Notes: generated from the letters alone by a model not told the origin. A stretch of DNA of 64,000 nucleotides from Candidatus Krumholzibacteriota bacterium (GCA_963764625.1 CAVXTH010000008.1:128001-192000), one strand, 5' to 3'. Positions 1-10,521 are shown, numbered from the stretch's first letter. Program-made: numbers and translations.

Positions 1-2
1 TC

Positions 3-1226
3 TTCTTCCTCTTGTGCAGCTACTACATCCTGCGTCCCCTGCGTGAAGAGATGGGCATCGCCGGGGGCACGCGTAATCTTCCCTGGTTGTTCCAGATCAC
101 TCTCGTGGCAACCCTCTTGGCCACGCCTCTCTTCGGCTGGATGACGCGTCGCTTCAAGAGCCGCACTTTCCTGGTCTACAGCTACCGCTTCTTCGGCGCG
201 AACCTGCTTCTCTTCCTCGTCCTTCTCAAGGCGCTTCCTTCGAGCGCGAACATCGTTCTCGGCCGCGTCTTCTACGTGTGGATCAGTGTCTTCAACATGT
301 TTCTGGTTTCGTTGTTTTGGGCCTTCATGGCCGAGGGCTTTGGATTGGACCAAAGCAAGCGAGTTTTCGGGGTGATCGCGGTGGGAGGGAGCCTGGGCGC
401 AACCATCGGGGCGGGACTGACCGCGTTCTTGGTCGAATACGTGGGAAGAGTGAATCTCATCCTCTTGTCGGTGGCACTTCTGGAAGTGGCAGTGCGAATC
501 GTGGGAATCCTGCGCCGGCGTCTCGATCTGAAGCAAAGAGAAGAGAGCGTCGAGCTTTCCCAAGCGCCCGCATCTACCTCAAGGACCCCGCGAGCCGCGA
601 CGATCGCGCCGCGTCCTTCCCTCTGGGAAGGACTTCTTTTGGTTTTGCATTCACGCTACCTTCTCGCCATCGCGATCTTTCTTTTCTGTTACAGCTTCGC
701 CTCCACCATTCTCTACTTCGAGCAGGCGAATATCGTGGCGCACGCCGTCGCCGATCGTGCCGCGCGCGCCGCCCTCTTCGCGCGCATCGACTTCTGGGTG
801 AATCTCATCACTGTTGTCTTGCAGATTTTTGTCACCGGCCAGATCATGAGCCGGCTGGGCGTCGGTTGGGCACTGATTCTCGTGCCGCTACTTTCCGCGG
901 TGGGATTCTTTGTGCTCGGGTTGCGTCCGGTCTTGACCGTGCTCGTGGTCTTTCAGGTCTCTCGCCGCGCGGGAAACTACGCGATCATGCGTCCGGCCCG
1001 AGAAACTCTCTTCACCATCCTGGGGTTGGCCGAGAAATACAAAGCCAAGAGTTTCCTCGATACTTTCGTCTACCGCGGAGGTGACGCCACGGCCTCCGCG
1101 CTATTCGGCGTCCTGAGTGGGTTGGGCATGAGTCTCTCTGCCCTCGCGTTCGCGGCGGTTCCCCTGACCTTGTTCTGGGGGATTGTGGGGCGCTATCTGG
1201 GTCTCAAACAAAAGGAGCTGGCATGA
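3..1226 (+). CDS. NTP/NDP exchanger-like (Npt1/Npt2, TLC-type) MFS membrane transporter, 5' truncated by window edge
   Basis: Hydrophobic multi-TM ORF open from the window start; motifs YYILRPLREEMG, FYVWISVFN, RPARETLFT, KYKAKSFLDTFVYRGGD are typical of the family. Confidence 0.8.
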   Translation, partial: FFLLCSYYILRPLREEMGIAGGTRNLPWLFQITLVATLLATPLFGWMTRRFKSRTFLVYSYRFFGANLLLFLVLLKALPSSANIVLGRVFYVWISVFNMFLVSLFWAFMAEGFGLDQSKRVFGVIAVGGSLGATIGAGLTAFLVEYVGRVNLILLSVALLEVAVRIVGILRRRLDLKQREESVELSQAPASTSRTPRAATIAPRPSLWEGLLLVLHSRYLLAIAIFLFCYSFASTILYFEQANIVAHAVADRAARAALFARIDFWVNLITVVLQIFVTGQIMSRLGVGWALILVPLLSAVGFFVLGLRPVLTVLVVFQVSRRAGNYAIMRPARETLFTILGLAEKYKAKSFLDTFVYRGGDATASALFGVLSGLGMSLSALAFAAVPLTLFWGIVGRYLGLKQKELA

Positions 1227-2362
1227 GTCTCGATCGTCGCGATTTTCTCAAAGGCGCTCTCACCGGCGGCGTGCTCGCCGCGGGCGCTTCCATGGGGCTT
1301 GCGTGTCTTCGGCCCACCGCGGCGCGAGCCCACTACACACCGGCCGACAAAAAGCTGAGGATTCTCATCCTGGGAGGCACCGCGTTTTTGGGTCCCGCGG
1401 TAGTGTACGCGGCCCGGCGGCGTGGCCACGAAATCACGCTCTTCAACCGCGGCAAGACCAACGCCAATCTCTTTCCCGATCTCGAGACTCTCATCGGTGA
1501 TCGCGACGGTAAGCTCGACCCCCTGAAGGGGAGGGACTGGGACGCGGTGGTGGACACCTCGGGCTACTTTCCCCGGCTGGTGAAGGACTCCGCGCGACTG
1601 CTGGCTGATCACGTGCAACAGTACGCGTTCATCTCTTCGATTTCGGTGTACTCGCGCTTCGACGAACCCGGCATCGACGAGGACTTCCCCGTGGGCACCG
1701 TTGACGATCCCACCATCGAGAAGATCACCGAAGGGAGCTACGGCCCACTCAAGGCTCTGTGCGAACAGGAAGCCGAGAAGGCGCTGCCCGGGCGCGTGAC
1801 GAACATCCGTCCCGGCCTCATCGTGGGGCCCCGCGACCGCAGCGACCGCTTCACTTACTGGCCGGTGCGCGTGGGCAAGGGCGGTGAAGTCTTGGCGCCA
1901 AACTCGCCCAAGGACGGCATCCAAATCATGGACGTGAACGATCTGGGCGAGTGGATCGTCTACTGCCTCGAGAACAAGGTCGTCGGCGTGTACAACGCGG
2001 TCTCGCCCGCGGGCTGGCTCGACATCGGTGGTCTTTTGGACACCTGCAAGCGTGTGTCGGGAAGCGACGCGTCGTTCACCTGGGTCTCGAGCAAGTTTCT
2101 GGACGAACACGAAGTGCAGGGTTGGGCGGAGATGACCTGCTGGATGCCCCCCGAAGGGGAGTACTCCGGTTTCGGCAAAGTGAGCGTCGACCGTGCGGTT
2201 GCCCACGGCCTGGCCTTCCGTCCCATCTCCGAAACGGTCCGGACCACGCTCGACTGGTGGAAGGCCCTGCCGGAGGATCGGCGCGAGAAGATGCGCGCCG
2301 GGCTTGCCGCGGAGAAGGAAGAGAAGGTGCTGGCCGCCTGGCACGAGATCCAGAAAGGGTGA
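1223..2362 (+). CDS. Tat-exported NAD-dependent epimerase/dehydratase (SDR, isoflavone-reductase-like)
   Basis: N-terminal DRRDFLK twin-arginine signal; ILGGTAFLG Rossmann motif; YGPLK catalytic YxxxK; ATGA overlap with the upstream gene. Confidence 0.85.
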   Translation: MSLDRRDFLKGALTGGVLAAGASMGLACLRPTAARAHYTPADKKLRILILGGTAFLGPAVVYAARRRGHEITLFNRGKTNANLFPDLETLIGDRDGKLDPLKGRDWDAVVDTSGYFPRLVKDSARLLADHVQQYAFISSISVYSRFDEPGIDEDFPVGTVDDPTIEKITEGSYGPLKALCEQEAEKALPGRVTNIRPGLIVGPRDRSDRFTYWPVRVGKGGEVLAPNSPKDGIQIMDVNDLGEWIVYCLENKVVGVYNAVSPAGWLDIGGLLDTCKRVSGSDASFTWVSSKFLDEHEVQGWAEMTCWMPPEGEYSGFGKVSVDRAVAHGLAFRPISETVRTTLDWWKALPEDRREKMRAGLAAEKEEKVLAAWHEIQKG

Positions 2363-3276
2363 TCCAGACGACCTTCCTGAATCTCTTCGGCAAGAACCTT
2401 CTTCCTATTTTTCTCATCGCGGGGATCGGTTGGATCCTCGCGACAAAGAAGGGGGTCTCTGCCAAGCCCTTGAGCCAGGTGGGATTCCACGTCTTCTCGC
2501 CCTGCCTCATCTTCACCCTCATCACCGAAAGCGCGATCTCTCCCCACGACTTTCTGCGCCTAAGCGGCTTTGCGCTTCTGACCTACGGCGTGACTGCCAG
2601 CCTCGCACTTCTGGTCGCCCAAAGGCTCCGGCTCTCCCGCTCGCTCAAGGCGGCCATCTTCCTGTGCGTTCTGTTGCCCAATTCCGGCAGCTTCGGAATG
2701 GCGGCTAGCCTCTTTTCCTTCGGCCGGGAAGCCGAGGCGCGCGCCGGGTTGATCTTCGTGACCATGTCCATCCTGGGCTACTCATTGGGCGTGGTGGTCG
2801 CGTCGATGGGGAAGGCAACCGTCGGCACCGCGGTGCGCAAGCTCACGAGCGTGCCCGCGGTCTGGGCGGTGCCCCTGGCCTTTCTGGTGCGCGGCATGGG
2901 AGTCGACCTGCCGGCTGCGCTGCAGCGAACGGTGGATCTTCTGGCCCAGGCCACCATCCCGGTGTTCCTGGTGATCCTGGGCATGCAGCTGCGACGCGCC
3001 AGTCCACGTCACCATCCCTACGCGCTGTGTACCGCGGTGGTGTTCCGCCTGGTGGGCGGCGCCGCGGTCGGGTTGGTGATGGCCCAGCTCTTCCACCTGC
3101 AGGGCGCCAACTACCAGGCCGGCGTCCTGGAAATGGCGATGCCATCGGCGGTCTTGAACACGATTCTCGCCACCGAATACGACGTCGAACCGTCCTTCGT
3201 GGCCACTGTGGTGTTCTGCACCATGCTGGGGAGTCCTCTGACCCTCACTCCTTTGCTCCACCTGTTGGGGGCTTGA
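2359..3276 (+). CDS. AEC (auxin efflux carrier) family transporter
   Basis: GTG at 2359 overlaps the previous stop (GTGA); about 10 TM segments; LPNSGSFG and AMPSAVLN motifs; the ORF-track start at 1951 is an upstream extension. Confidence 0.8.
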   Translation: MIQTTFLNLFGKNLLPIFLIAGIGWILATKKGVSAKPLSQVGFHVFSPCLIFTLITESAISPHDFLRLSGFALLTYGVTASLALLVAQRLRLSRSLKAAIFLCVLLPNSGSFGMAASLFSFGREAEARAGLIFVTMSILGYSLGVVVASMGKATVGTAVRKLTSVPAVWAVPLAFLVRGMGVDLPAALQRTVDLLAQATIPVFLVILGMQLRRASPRHHPYALCTAVVFRLVGGAAVGLVMAQLFHLQGANYQAGVLEMAMPSAVLNTILATEYDVEPSFVATVVFCTMLGSPLTLTPLLHLLGA

Positions 3277-6200
3277 GCGAGAGCGGTGCTTGTTGAGGGA
3301 AGAGGGTCAGGCCCGAGGCCTCCACGTCCGATTTGAACTGCGCCACGTCCTTCTGAAAGAACTGGTTGAAATCTTCCAGGACCGGACGCGTGTCCTCCTC
3401 AGCCAAGTTCAGGTACTGAAGCGCGGCCTGGGTCGGCTTCTGCCAGGTCGGCCCCAACAGCCAGCGCGCGCGGTCCATGCGGCGGGAAGGCCATTCTCCG
3501 CCCACGTACCCCTTGGGATTCCGTGGCCCGCGCAAGCGCTCGTCCAGATCTTTGAGGCCCTTCTGCAGAGTCTCGGTTTCTTTCTTCAGGGCGTCCCAGC
3601 CGGTGGAATCGACATTCGCGTCACCCATCTCCTCGGCCTTCTCTTTCGCCTCCGCCTTGGCGGCCTTGATCTTGGCCAGCACGAACTCGCAGTCCTTGTC
3701 GGCGGCCAGAATGCGCTTGATCGCCTTGGCGATGGTTTCCTGCAGAAGGCCCAGGCGCTGTTGAGTCGACCACGCCTCCTGGCGATCTTCCTGGCTGATG
3801 GTGATCCGCGGGTCCGGCAGGACTCTCACCGTCTGCGTGGCCTCGGCTTTCTTGTAGTGCACCGTGATCTGGTAGGTACCGGGAATCACCTGCGGACCAC
3901 CGCCGTATCCGGACTCCTCCTCTTCCTCGTCGCTCTTACCGGGAATCTTCTGGAAAGCGTCGCTGTCCAGGCCCCAGACCACCCGGTTGACCCCTTGCTT
4001 CAGTTCGCGTTCGAACTCGCGGACTTTGGCCCCCTGTTCGTCGCGTACGGTCACTTTTAGTTTTTCCGGCTTTGCCTTCTCGGATCCAGTGGAATCTCCC
4101 GGGTCCTCTTCTTCATAAGAGCGGTTGGCCCGCTTTTCCATCTGGCGCTCTTTCTCAATCTTCTCATCCGGGTAAGGCAGCTCGTCGTCGTTCACCGCCA
4201 CCGTCATCAGGGCTCCGCGGGGACGAGACTTGCCTCGGAATTCTCCGTCGCCTGGAAAACGCGATGCACCGGCCTGCTTGACCTGGTACTCGATCGCGTC
4301 GGGGATCGGAAAGAGGTGGAGGGGTTCCTGCAGGATCGATTCGTTCAGCGTGCGCAGCGGACGAATGTCGTCGATCACATAGGCCGAACGGCCGTGGGTT
4401 CCCACTACCAGATCGCCCGCGCGTGCCTGGATCGCCAGGCCCATGACCGAAACGGTGGGGACGCCGTGCGTCCACTTCATCCAGTGTCCGCCGCCGTTCA
4501 CACTGAAGTAGAGGCCGAACTCGGTGCCCAGAAACAGAAGGTCGGGATCGACCGGATCCTGCACGATGCTCAGGCAATATCCCCAGACCTCGTCGGTGGC
4601 CAAGTTCCTCCAGTGCTTGCCGTAGTCCTCCACTCTGAACACGTAGGGAGTCCAGTTGCCCCGCCGGTGATCCTCGAACACCACGAAGCAGGTAGAGGGA
4701 TCGTGCGGGGAAGCGAAGATCGAGGGAATCCAGGTATTGTCGGGGACTCCTTTCGCGTGGCTCTCCAGGCTCTCCCAGTGGCCTCCGCCGTCGCGGGTGA
4801 GTTGAAGCCGGCCGTCGTCGGTTCCGACCCAGATGACGCCCTGCTTCAGCGGGCTAGGGGCGATGGCCACGATCGTGGTGAAGTTCTCCGCTCCGGTCAC
4901 ATCCGGGGTCAGGCCTCCGCTCTGGTTCTGATCCTGCCACTGCGGGTTGTTGGTCGTGAGGTCGGGGGAGATGACCGTCCAGTGGTCACCGCGGTCGGTG
5001 CTCTGGTGCAGATACTGGCTTCCCAGGTAAATCGTGTCGTCTTGGAAGGGATCGAGGGCGAAGCCCGCATTCCAGTTGAACCGCAGCTTTTCGCCAGAAG
5101 GCGGGGCGGGACGGATGCTCTTGCGCTCTCCGGTGTGGAGATTCCAGCGAATGAGATAGCCCTCTTGGCTCATCGCATAACCGATCATCGAGTCAAGTGG
5201 ATACGGCCGCGTGTCGAAGCCGTCTCCGTAACCGACTTCCTCCCAGTGGTAGTTCCGAATGCCTCCGTTCTCCCACACCGTCGCGGGTCCGCGCCATGAG
5301 CCGTTGTCTTGCATGCCGCCGTAAACGTGGTAGGGCTGATCGTCGTCGACCGCGATGTGATAGTACTGAGCCAGGGGGAGGTTGCTCACGAAGCGCCAGC
5401 TCTTCCCCCGGTCTTGGCTGAGGTACACGCCGCCGTCGTTACCGAGAATCAACCGGCGCGGATCGATGGGGTCGATCCACATGGCATGGTGGTCGGGATG
5501 GGCCTTGCCCCAGCTCACGAGAATCTTGAAGCTCTTGCCCGAATCCATGCTCACGCTCACCTGCGACCAGAGACTGTACACCCGATTGGGCCAGGCGGGA
5601 TCGACGTGGATTTCGCTGAAATAGAACGGACGGTTGCCGATATTTTCGTCCTTCCCCACCGTCTTGAAGGAATGTCCTGAGTCCTGGCTGCGCAGTAGCA
5701 CGTTCTCCTTGGCTTCGATGAGTGCGTAGAGGATCTGTGGATCGCTGGGCGAAAATGCCATGGCGATGCGACCCAGTTCACCCTCGGGAAGCCCGTCCTC
5801 GGAACTCAGCTGCTCCCAGCTGTCGCCCGCATCGTAGCTCACGAAAAGACCGGAGCCGCTTCCGCCGCTCTGGAAGAACCAGGGCCAGCGGCGGTATTCC
5901 CACAACGCGGCGAAGAGTTTGTTGGGGTTGGAAGGATCCATCACCAGCTCGGTGCAGCCGGTGCGATCGTTGGCGCTGAGGATCTTCTTCCAACTCTTCC
6001 CGCCATCTAGCGTGCGGTAGAGGCCGCGGTCGCCGCCATCGCTCCAGGCTGGACCCAGGCACGCCACGTACACACGGTCGGGATCACGCGGATCGATGAC
6101 GATGCGACGGATGTGTTCGCTCTTGTCCAATCCCAGATGGTGCCAGGTGCGTCCTCCATCGAGGCTCTTGTAGATTCCATTTCCGCCCGAAGCGCTATTA

Positions 6201-6559
6201 CGCGGGTTGGATTCGCCGGTGCCGACCCACACCACATCGGGATTGCCCGGCTCGAGCGCGATTGCGCCGATGGAGGCGACTGCCTGCTCGTCGAAGAGCG
6301 GCTCGAAATTCAGCCCCCCATTGACGGACTTCCACAGCCCTCCGGTCGCGGTTCCCAGGTAGATGATGTTCTCGTCCCCGGGCACACCCGCGATGGCCAC
6401 GATTCGACCCGACATTCCGGCCGGTCCGATGGAGCGGGCCTTCATGCCCGCCAAGAGACCGGGATCGAGTTTCGCTTGGCTCGCGCCGGCGGTAAGCACG
6501 GCGAGCAGGAACAGCATTGACGGCAAGAAGCGCCGAAGCACTTTGGCGTTGCAGATCAT
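3245..6559 (-). CDS. VPS10/BNR-repeat (Asp-box) beta-propeller secreted protein, putative glycosyl hydrolase
   Basis: Signal peptide; IGPAGMSGRI; repeated SxDGGxTW Asp-boxes; GGMQDNG; GGAGG RBS before ATG 6559. Confidence 0.85.
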   Translation of the reverse strand: MICNAKVLRRFLPSMLFLLAVLTAGASQAKLDPGLLAGMKARSIGPAGMSGRIVAIAGVPGDENIIYLGTATGGLWKSVNGGLNFEPLFDEQAVASIGAIALEPGNPDVVWVGTGESNPRNSASGGNGIYKSLDGGRTWHHLGLDKSEHIRRIVIDPRDPDRVYVACLGPAWSDGGDRGLYRTLDGGKSWKKILSANDRTGCTELVMDPSNPNKLFAALWEYRRWPWFFQSGGSGSGLFVSYDAGDSWEQLSSEDGLPEGELGRIAMAFSPSDPQILYALIEAKENVLLRSQDSGHSFKTVGKDENIGNRPFYFSEIHVDPAWPNRVYSLWSQVSVSMDSGKSFKILVSWGKAHPDHHAMWIDPIDPRRLILGNDGGVYLSQDRGKSWRFVSNLPLAQYYHIAVDDDQPYHVYGGMQDNGSWRGPATVWENGGIRNYHWEEVGYGDGFDTRPYPLDSMIGYAMSQEGYLIRWNLHTGERKSIRPAPPSGEKLRFNWNAGFALDPFQDDTIYLGSQYLHQSTDRGDHWTVISPDLTTNNPQWQDQNQSGGLTPDVTGAENFTTIVAIAPSPLKQGVIWVGTDDGRLQLTRDGGGHWESLESHAKGVPDNTWIPSIFASPHDPSTCFVVFEDHRRGNWTPYVFRVEDYGKHWRNLATDEVWGYCLSIVQDPVDPDLLFLGTEFGLYFSVNGGGHWMKWTHGVPTVSVMGLAIQARAGDLVVGTHGRSAYVIDDIRPLRTLNESILQEPLHLFPIPDAIEYQVKQAGASRFPGDGEFRGKSRPRGALMTVAVNDDELPYPDEKIEKERQMEKRANRSYEEEDPGDSTGSEKAKPEKLKVTVRDEQGAKVREFERELKQGVNRVVWGLDSDAFQKIPGKSDEEEEESGYGGGPQVIPGTYQITVHYKKAEATQTVRVLPDPRITISQEDRQEAWSTQQRLGLLQETIAKAIKRILAADKDCEFVLAKIKAAKAEAKEKAEEMGDANVDSTGWDALKKETETLQKGLKDLDERLRGPRNPKGYVGGEWPSRRMDRARWLLGPTWQKPTQAALQYLNLAEEDTRPVLEDFNQFFQKDVAQFKSDVEASGLTLFPQQAPLSLKPPTGGAKE

Positions 6560-6714
6560 AGGGTCCTCCACGGTGCGGTGGGAGGGAAGACGCGGGGAAA
6601 AGACCGGGAGGTCTATGAAACCTCATTTTGGCTCCGAGATCCAGCGCGGGATGGCGCGCCGCGCGGCGGCACGGCGCGCCCCTTGCCTCTCGCGCCAGGC
6701 CGGCGCGGAGTTGC

Positions 6715-9700
6715 TCAGCCCTGATAGTCGGGCACTCTCCCCGGAGTCCACGGCGCGCCCAGAGCCTCGAGTTTGGCCTCGAACGCGGGCAAGGCCGAAT
6801 TCAAGAGCTCCTTGAGCTCGGGAAGCACCTCGCCCTTGAATTGATCGCGCGCAATGGCAAAGCTCTGCCGCTGGTTCTGTGTGGGAGCGGAGGAGTTGTT
6901 CCACCCCCAGGTAGCGCGATCCATTCTCTCCACCAAGCCCGGGGTGGTGGCCTCGCTGCGCGAGGAAATCGTGTGGTCCCCGTTCATGACGGTGCCAAGG
7001 CGCCGCACGCGGGATTCTATGCCGTCGAGCTCGTCGACGAGCCCGCTGCCGGCGGAGGGAGTATCGTGGAGAGCGACCCGCAGATGATCGATACGATCCT
7101 GCGCCTCCTTCAGCGAGCGTCGCGCTCCCAGAACCGCGCGCCGCAGTTCCGCCGTTTGCTTGCGAAACTGCAGAGATTGCGCTCGATCCTTCGCGGGGAG
7201 CTTCGCCAGGTTCAAGGGCTCGACCTGAAACGGCATTTCTTCGCTCAAGCTCGTCGTTTCACCGCGCACGCGCGCCATGAGTTGAACGGTGTACGAACCG
7301 GGCAGTACCGGCGGCCCCGACGGCTGAGGGGTCCAGGGATCGGGGGCTTCCCAATCTTTGGTGCTGGAAGGATCCGGAGCAGGCAGCCGCAGATCCCAGG
7401 CGGTGCGGTGGATGCCCTTCTCGATCTCGCCTGGAACGCGGCGCACGATGCTTCCGTCGCCATCCCGCACCACCAAGACGACTTGCGGAGAGAGCTCCTC
7501 GTCTTCCTTGCGTAGCTCGTCCCACGACGGGTAGGGGTTGTCTCCCCCTTCCTTCTCGATCTTCTTTTCCTTCTCCCGGCGCTCGTCGCGGAGGCTCTTG
7601 AAACCGTCCTTCAAGTAATAGGTAAACACGGCGCCAAAGGGAGGATTCTTCGCCACGAAAAACGCATCGCCCAAGCTCGCCTTGTCACCTCCCCCCAGAG
7701 GAGTTGCGGGGTGATAGAGTTCCGCCTTCTTCACTGAAAAGAGCACCGCCTCATGGTCCAGGGCTTCCTTGCTCACCGTGCGCAGCGGACTGTAGTCGTC
7801 GAGCACGTAGAATCCACGGCCCATCGTTCCCACCACCAGGTCGTTCTCGCGGCGTTGGATCTTGAGATCGCGGCACGCGATGGTGGGGATTCCTCCCTCG
7901 AGTTGTACCCAATGCTCACCCCCGTCCACCGTGAAGAAGACGCCGAACTCGGTGCCGACGAAGAGCAGATTGGGGTCGACCTGGTCTTCGGCGATGGCGT
8001 ACACGCTGCCGCGCGCGGGGAGATCGCCGGAGATGCTCTTCCAGCCCTTCCCCCGATTCGTGCTCCTGAGAACATAAGGTTTGAAGTCGCCGCGCTTATG
8101 GTTGTCGAAGGAAGCGTACACCGTGCTCGCGTCGTGGGAGGAGGCGACGATGTACGAGACGTAGCTCATTTCGGGCACGCCCGAGAAGCTGCCTTGCCGG
8201 CTCCAGTTCTGTCCCCCGTCCTCGCTCACCTGGATCAGTCCGTCATCGGTTCCGACGTAGAGCAAACCCTCTTGCAGAGGAGACTCATCCAGACTGACGA
8301 TGGTCCCGTAGAACGAAGTAGAGTTGTTCTTGGCAACCGCGTCGACGCTCCACACACGACCCACCACCGGAAGAGTGTTCCGGTCGAGCTGGCGCGTCAG
8401 ATCTCCGCTCACTCTCACCCAGCTGTCTCCCCGGTCGTCGCTTCTGAAGAGCTTGTTGGCTCCGTAGTACAGACGATGGGGGTCGTGGGGACTGATCAAG
8501 AGGGCCGACGACCAGTTCCACTTGAGCACTTCGCCCTTTTCCGGCTGGGGTTGGATGTCTTGCACCTCGCCGCTACTTCGGTCGTAGCGGGCCAGATTTC
8601 CGTACTGCCACTGGGAGTAGACGATGTCGGGATCTTCCGGATCGACCGCCGGCCCGAAGCCGTCGCCGCCCAGCGTGATGTACCAATCGTAGTTGTGGAT
8701 ACCGCTAGCGCTGTTGGTGCGCGTCGGGCCCCCGATGGTGTTGTTGTCTTGGGTGCCGCCGTACACGTGGTAGAAGGGGGAATCGTTGTCCAGGGCGATC
8801 TTGTAGAATTGGGTGACGGGAAGATTCGCGCGGAACATCCAGGTGTCGGCGCGATCCCAGGTCTCGTAGAGACCACCGTCGCATCCCACGCGCATGTGAT
8901 CGGTGTCGTTGGGATCGATCCACAAAACGTGATTGTCGACGTGCTTGAACTTGCCCGGCACGCGGGAGAAAGTCGCGCCGCCGTCCTCACTCACTTTCAG
9001 AAAGGTGTCCATGCTGTAGACGCGATCCGGGTCCTTCGGATCAGCCACCAGCTCGTTGTAGTACTGGGGACTGGTGGACATGGTCGGCGACATCTTCTTC
9101 CAGGTTGCGCCGGCGTCGGTGCTGCGGAAGACCCCGCCCTTGTCGTCCTGCGCCTCGATGATCGCGTAGACGATGTCGGGGTTGGCCGGTGAGATCGCGA
9201 GCCCGATCCGGCCCTTGTCGACCTCGGGAATGCCGTTCTTCAACTCCTCCCAATTCTGCCCTCCGTCGGTGGATTTGTAGATGCCGCTTCCCGGTCCGCC
9301 GTCCAGGAGCACCCAGACGTGCCGGCGCCGCTGATAGGTGGTCGCGTAGATGACGTCCGGGTTGCGGGGGTCGAGATAAACTTCGTTGACCCCGGTGTCT
9401 GCGTCGATGTCCAGAATCTTCTCCCAGCTCTCGCCGCCGTCCTCGGTGCGGTACAGGCCGCGCTCACCGCCGCTCCGCCAGAGCGGTCCCTGAGCCGCGA
9501 CGAGAACCACGTCGCTGTTGCGAGGATCGACCGCGATCATTCCGATGTGTTCACTCTCCTTCAAGCCCATGTTCTTGAAGTTCTGCCCGCCGTCGGTCGA
9601 TTTGTACACCCCGTCCCCGTAGGCCACCGAGCGCTGTGAGTTGTTCTCTCCGGTTCCCACCCACACCACGTGGGAATTGTTGGGATCGAGGGTGACGCAG

Positions 9701-10041
9701 CCGATGCTGTACGAGCCATACTTGTCGAACACGGGCTCGAAGGTCGTTCCGTCGTTCTCGGTCTTCCACACGTTTCCCGAACAAACTGCGACGAAGTAGC
9801 GCTTGGGATTGTTCGGATCGACGGCCAGGTCTCCGACTCGCCCGCTGGTGAGAGCCGGGCCCAGAGCGCGAAAGGAGAGACCTTTGAAGGTATCCTTGCT
9901 CATGCCTCCCTTGTCCTTGGCCTCTTCGCTCTTCTGCGATCCCTCGCGTTCAAAGCGCGGTTTCACCGCGTGCGATGGCTGGGCCCAAACGAGGCCGAAT
10001 GCCAGACCCACGACGGCCATGATCCACGGAATGCGTCTCAT
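6715..10041 (-). CDS. Second VPS10/BNR-repeat beta-propeller secreted protein (paralog of 3245-6559)
   Basis: Signal peptide; LGPALTSGRV; many STDGG/SDDRG Asp-boxes; GGTQDNN; GAGGAG RBS before ATG 10041. Confidence 0.85.
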   Translation of the reverse strand: MRRIPWIMAVVGLAFGLVWAQPSHAVKPRFEREGSQKSEEAKDKGGMSKDTFKGLSFRALGPALTSGRVGDLAVDPNNPKRYFVAVCSGNVWKTENDGTTFEPVFDKYGSYSIGCVTLDPNNSHVVWVGTGENNSQRSVAYGDGVYKSTDGGQNFKNMGLKESEHIGMIAVDPRNSDVVLVAAQGPLWRSGGERGLYRTEDGGESWEKILDIDADTGVNEVYLDPRNPDVIYATTYQRRRHVWVLLDGGPGSGIYKSTDGGQNWEELKNGIPEVDKGRIGLAISPANPDIVYAIIEAQDDKGGVFRSTDAGATWKKMSPTMSTSPQYYNELVADPKDPDRVYSMDTFLKVSEDGGATFSRVPGKFKHVDNHVLWIDPNDTDHMRVGCDGGLYETWDRADTWMFRANLPVTQFYKIALDNDSPFYHVYGGTQDNNTIGGPTRTNSASGIHNYDWYITLGGDGFGPAVDPEDPDIVYSQWQYGNLARYDRSSGEVQDIQPQPEKGEVLKWNWSSALLISPHDPHRLYYGANKLFRSDDRGDSWVRVSGDLTRQLDRNTLPVVGRVWSVDAVAKNNSTSFYGTIVSLDESPLQEGLLYVGTDDGLIQVSEDGGQNWSRQGSFSGVPEMSYVSYIVASSHDASTVYASFDNHKRGDFKPYVLRSTNRGKGWKSISGDLPARGSVYAIAEDQVDPNLLFVGTEFGVFFTVDGGEHWVQLEGGIPTIACRDLKIQRRENDLVVGTMGRGFYVLDDYSPLRTVSKEALDHEAVLFSVKKAELYHPATPLGGGDKASLGDAFFVAKNPPFGAVFTYYLKDGFKSLRDERREKEKKIEKEGGDNPYPSWDELRKEDEELSPQVVLVVRDGDGSIVRRVPGEIEKGIHRTAWDLRLPAPDPSSTKDWEAPDPWTPQPSGPPVLPGSYTVQLMARVRGETTSLSEEMPFQVEPLNLAKLPAKDRAQSLQFRKQTAELRRAVLGARRSLKEAQDRIDHLRVALHDTPSAGSGLVDELDGIESRVRRLGTVMNGDHTISSRSEATTPGLVERMDRATWGWNNSSAPTQNQRQSFAIARDQFKGEVLPELKELLNSALPAFEAKLEALGAPWTPGRVPDYQG

Positions 10042-10107
10042 CGGAACTCTCCTCACTTCGATTCGCCAGACGGCGCCGGGTGCTTCCTTGGGGAGGAAAC
10101 AACGGCT

Positions 10108-10521
10108 CTATTCTTCGTGAAACCCCATCACCACCAGGGCACAGCTTCCATCGCCGATGACTCCCAGGCCCGCTTTCTTGCCGCTACGGATCGCCTCTTC
10201 GCTTTCAGCGCCTGGCTGCATCCATACGTAGCTCACGCCCAGCTTCGCGGCTTCCAGAACGATTTTCTCCGTGATCGCGGGAGGGGTGATGATTGAAATG
10301 CCGCGCGGGGTCAGGGGAAGGCTCGCGAGATCGGGATAGGCTTTCAGGCCTTCCACTTCCTCTGCTTTGGGATTGATGGGATAGACTTCGCGTCCCGTCT
10401 GTTGATACGCGCGCAGCACTTTGTTCCCGTACTTGCTTCGATCGGTCGAGGCGCCGACCACCGCGTACGGGCCTTCCTCCAAGTACTCCTCGATCAGCTC
10501 TCGGGTGCTCTTCTCGCTCAT
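10108..10521 (-). CDS. CoA-binding protein (YccU-like)
   Basis: AVVGASTDRSKYG, YPINPK, VWMQPGAES motifs. Confidence 0.85.
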   Translation of the reverse strand: MSEKSTRELIEEYLEEGPYAVVGASTDRSKYGNKVLRAYQQTGREVYPINPKAEEVEGLKAYPDLASLPLTPRGISIITPPAITEKIVLEAAKLGVSYVWMQPGAESEEAIRSGKKAGLGVIGDGSCALVVMGFHEE

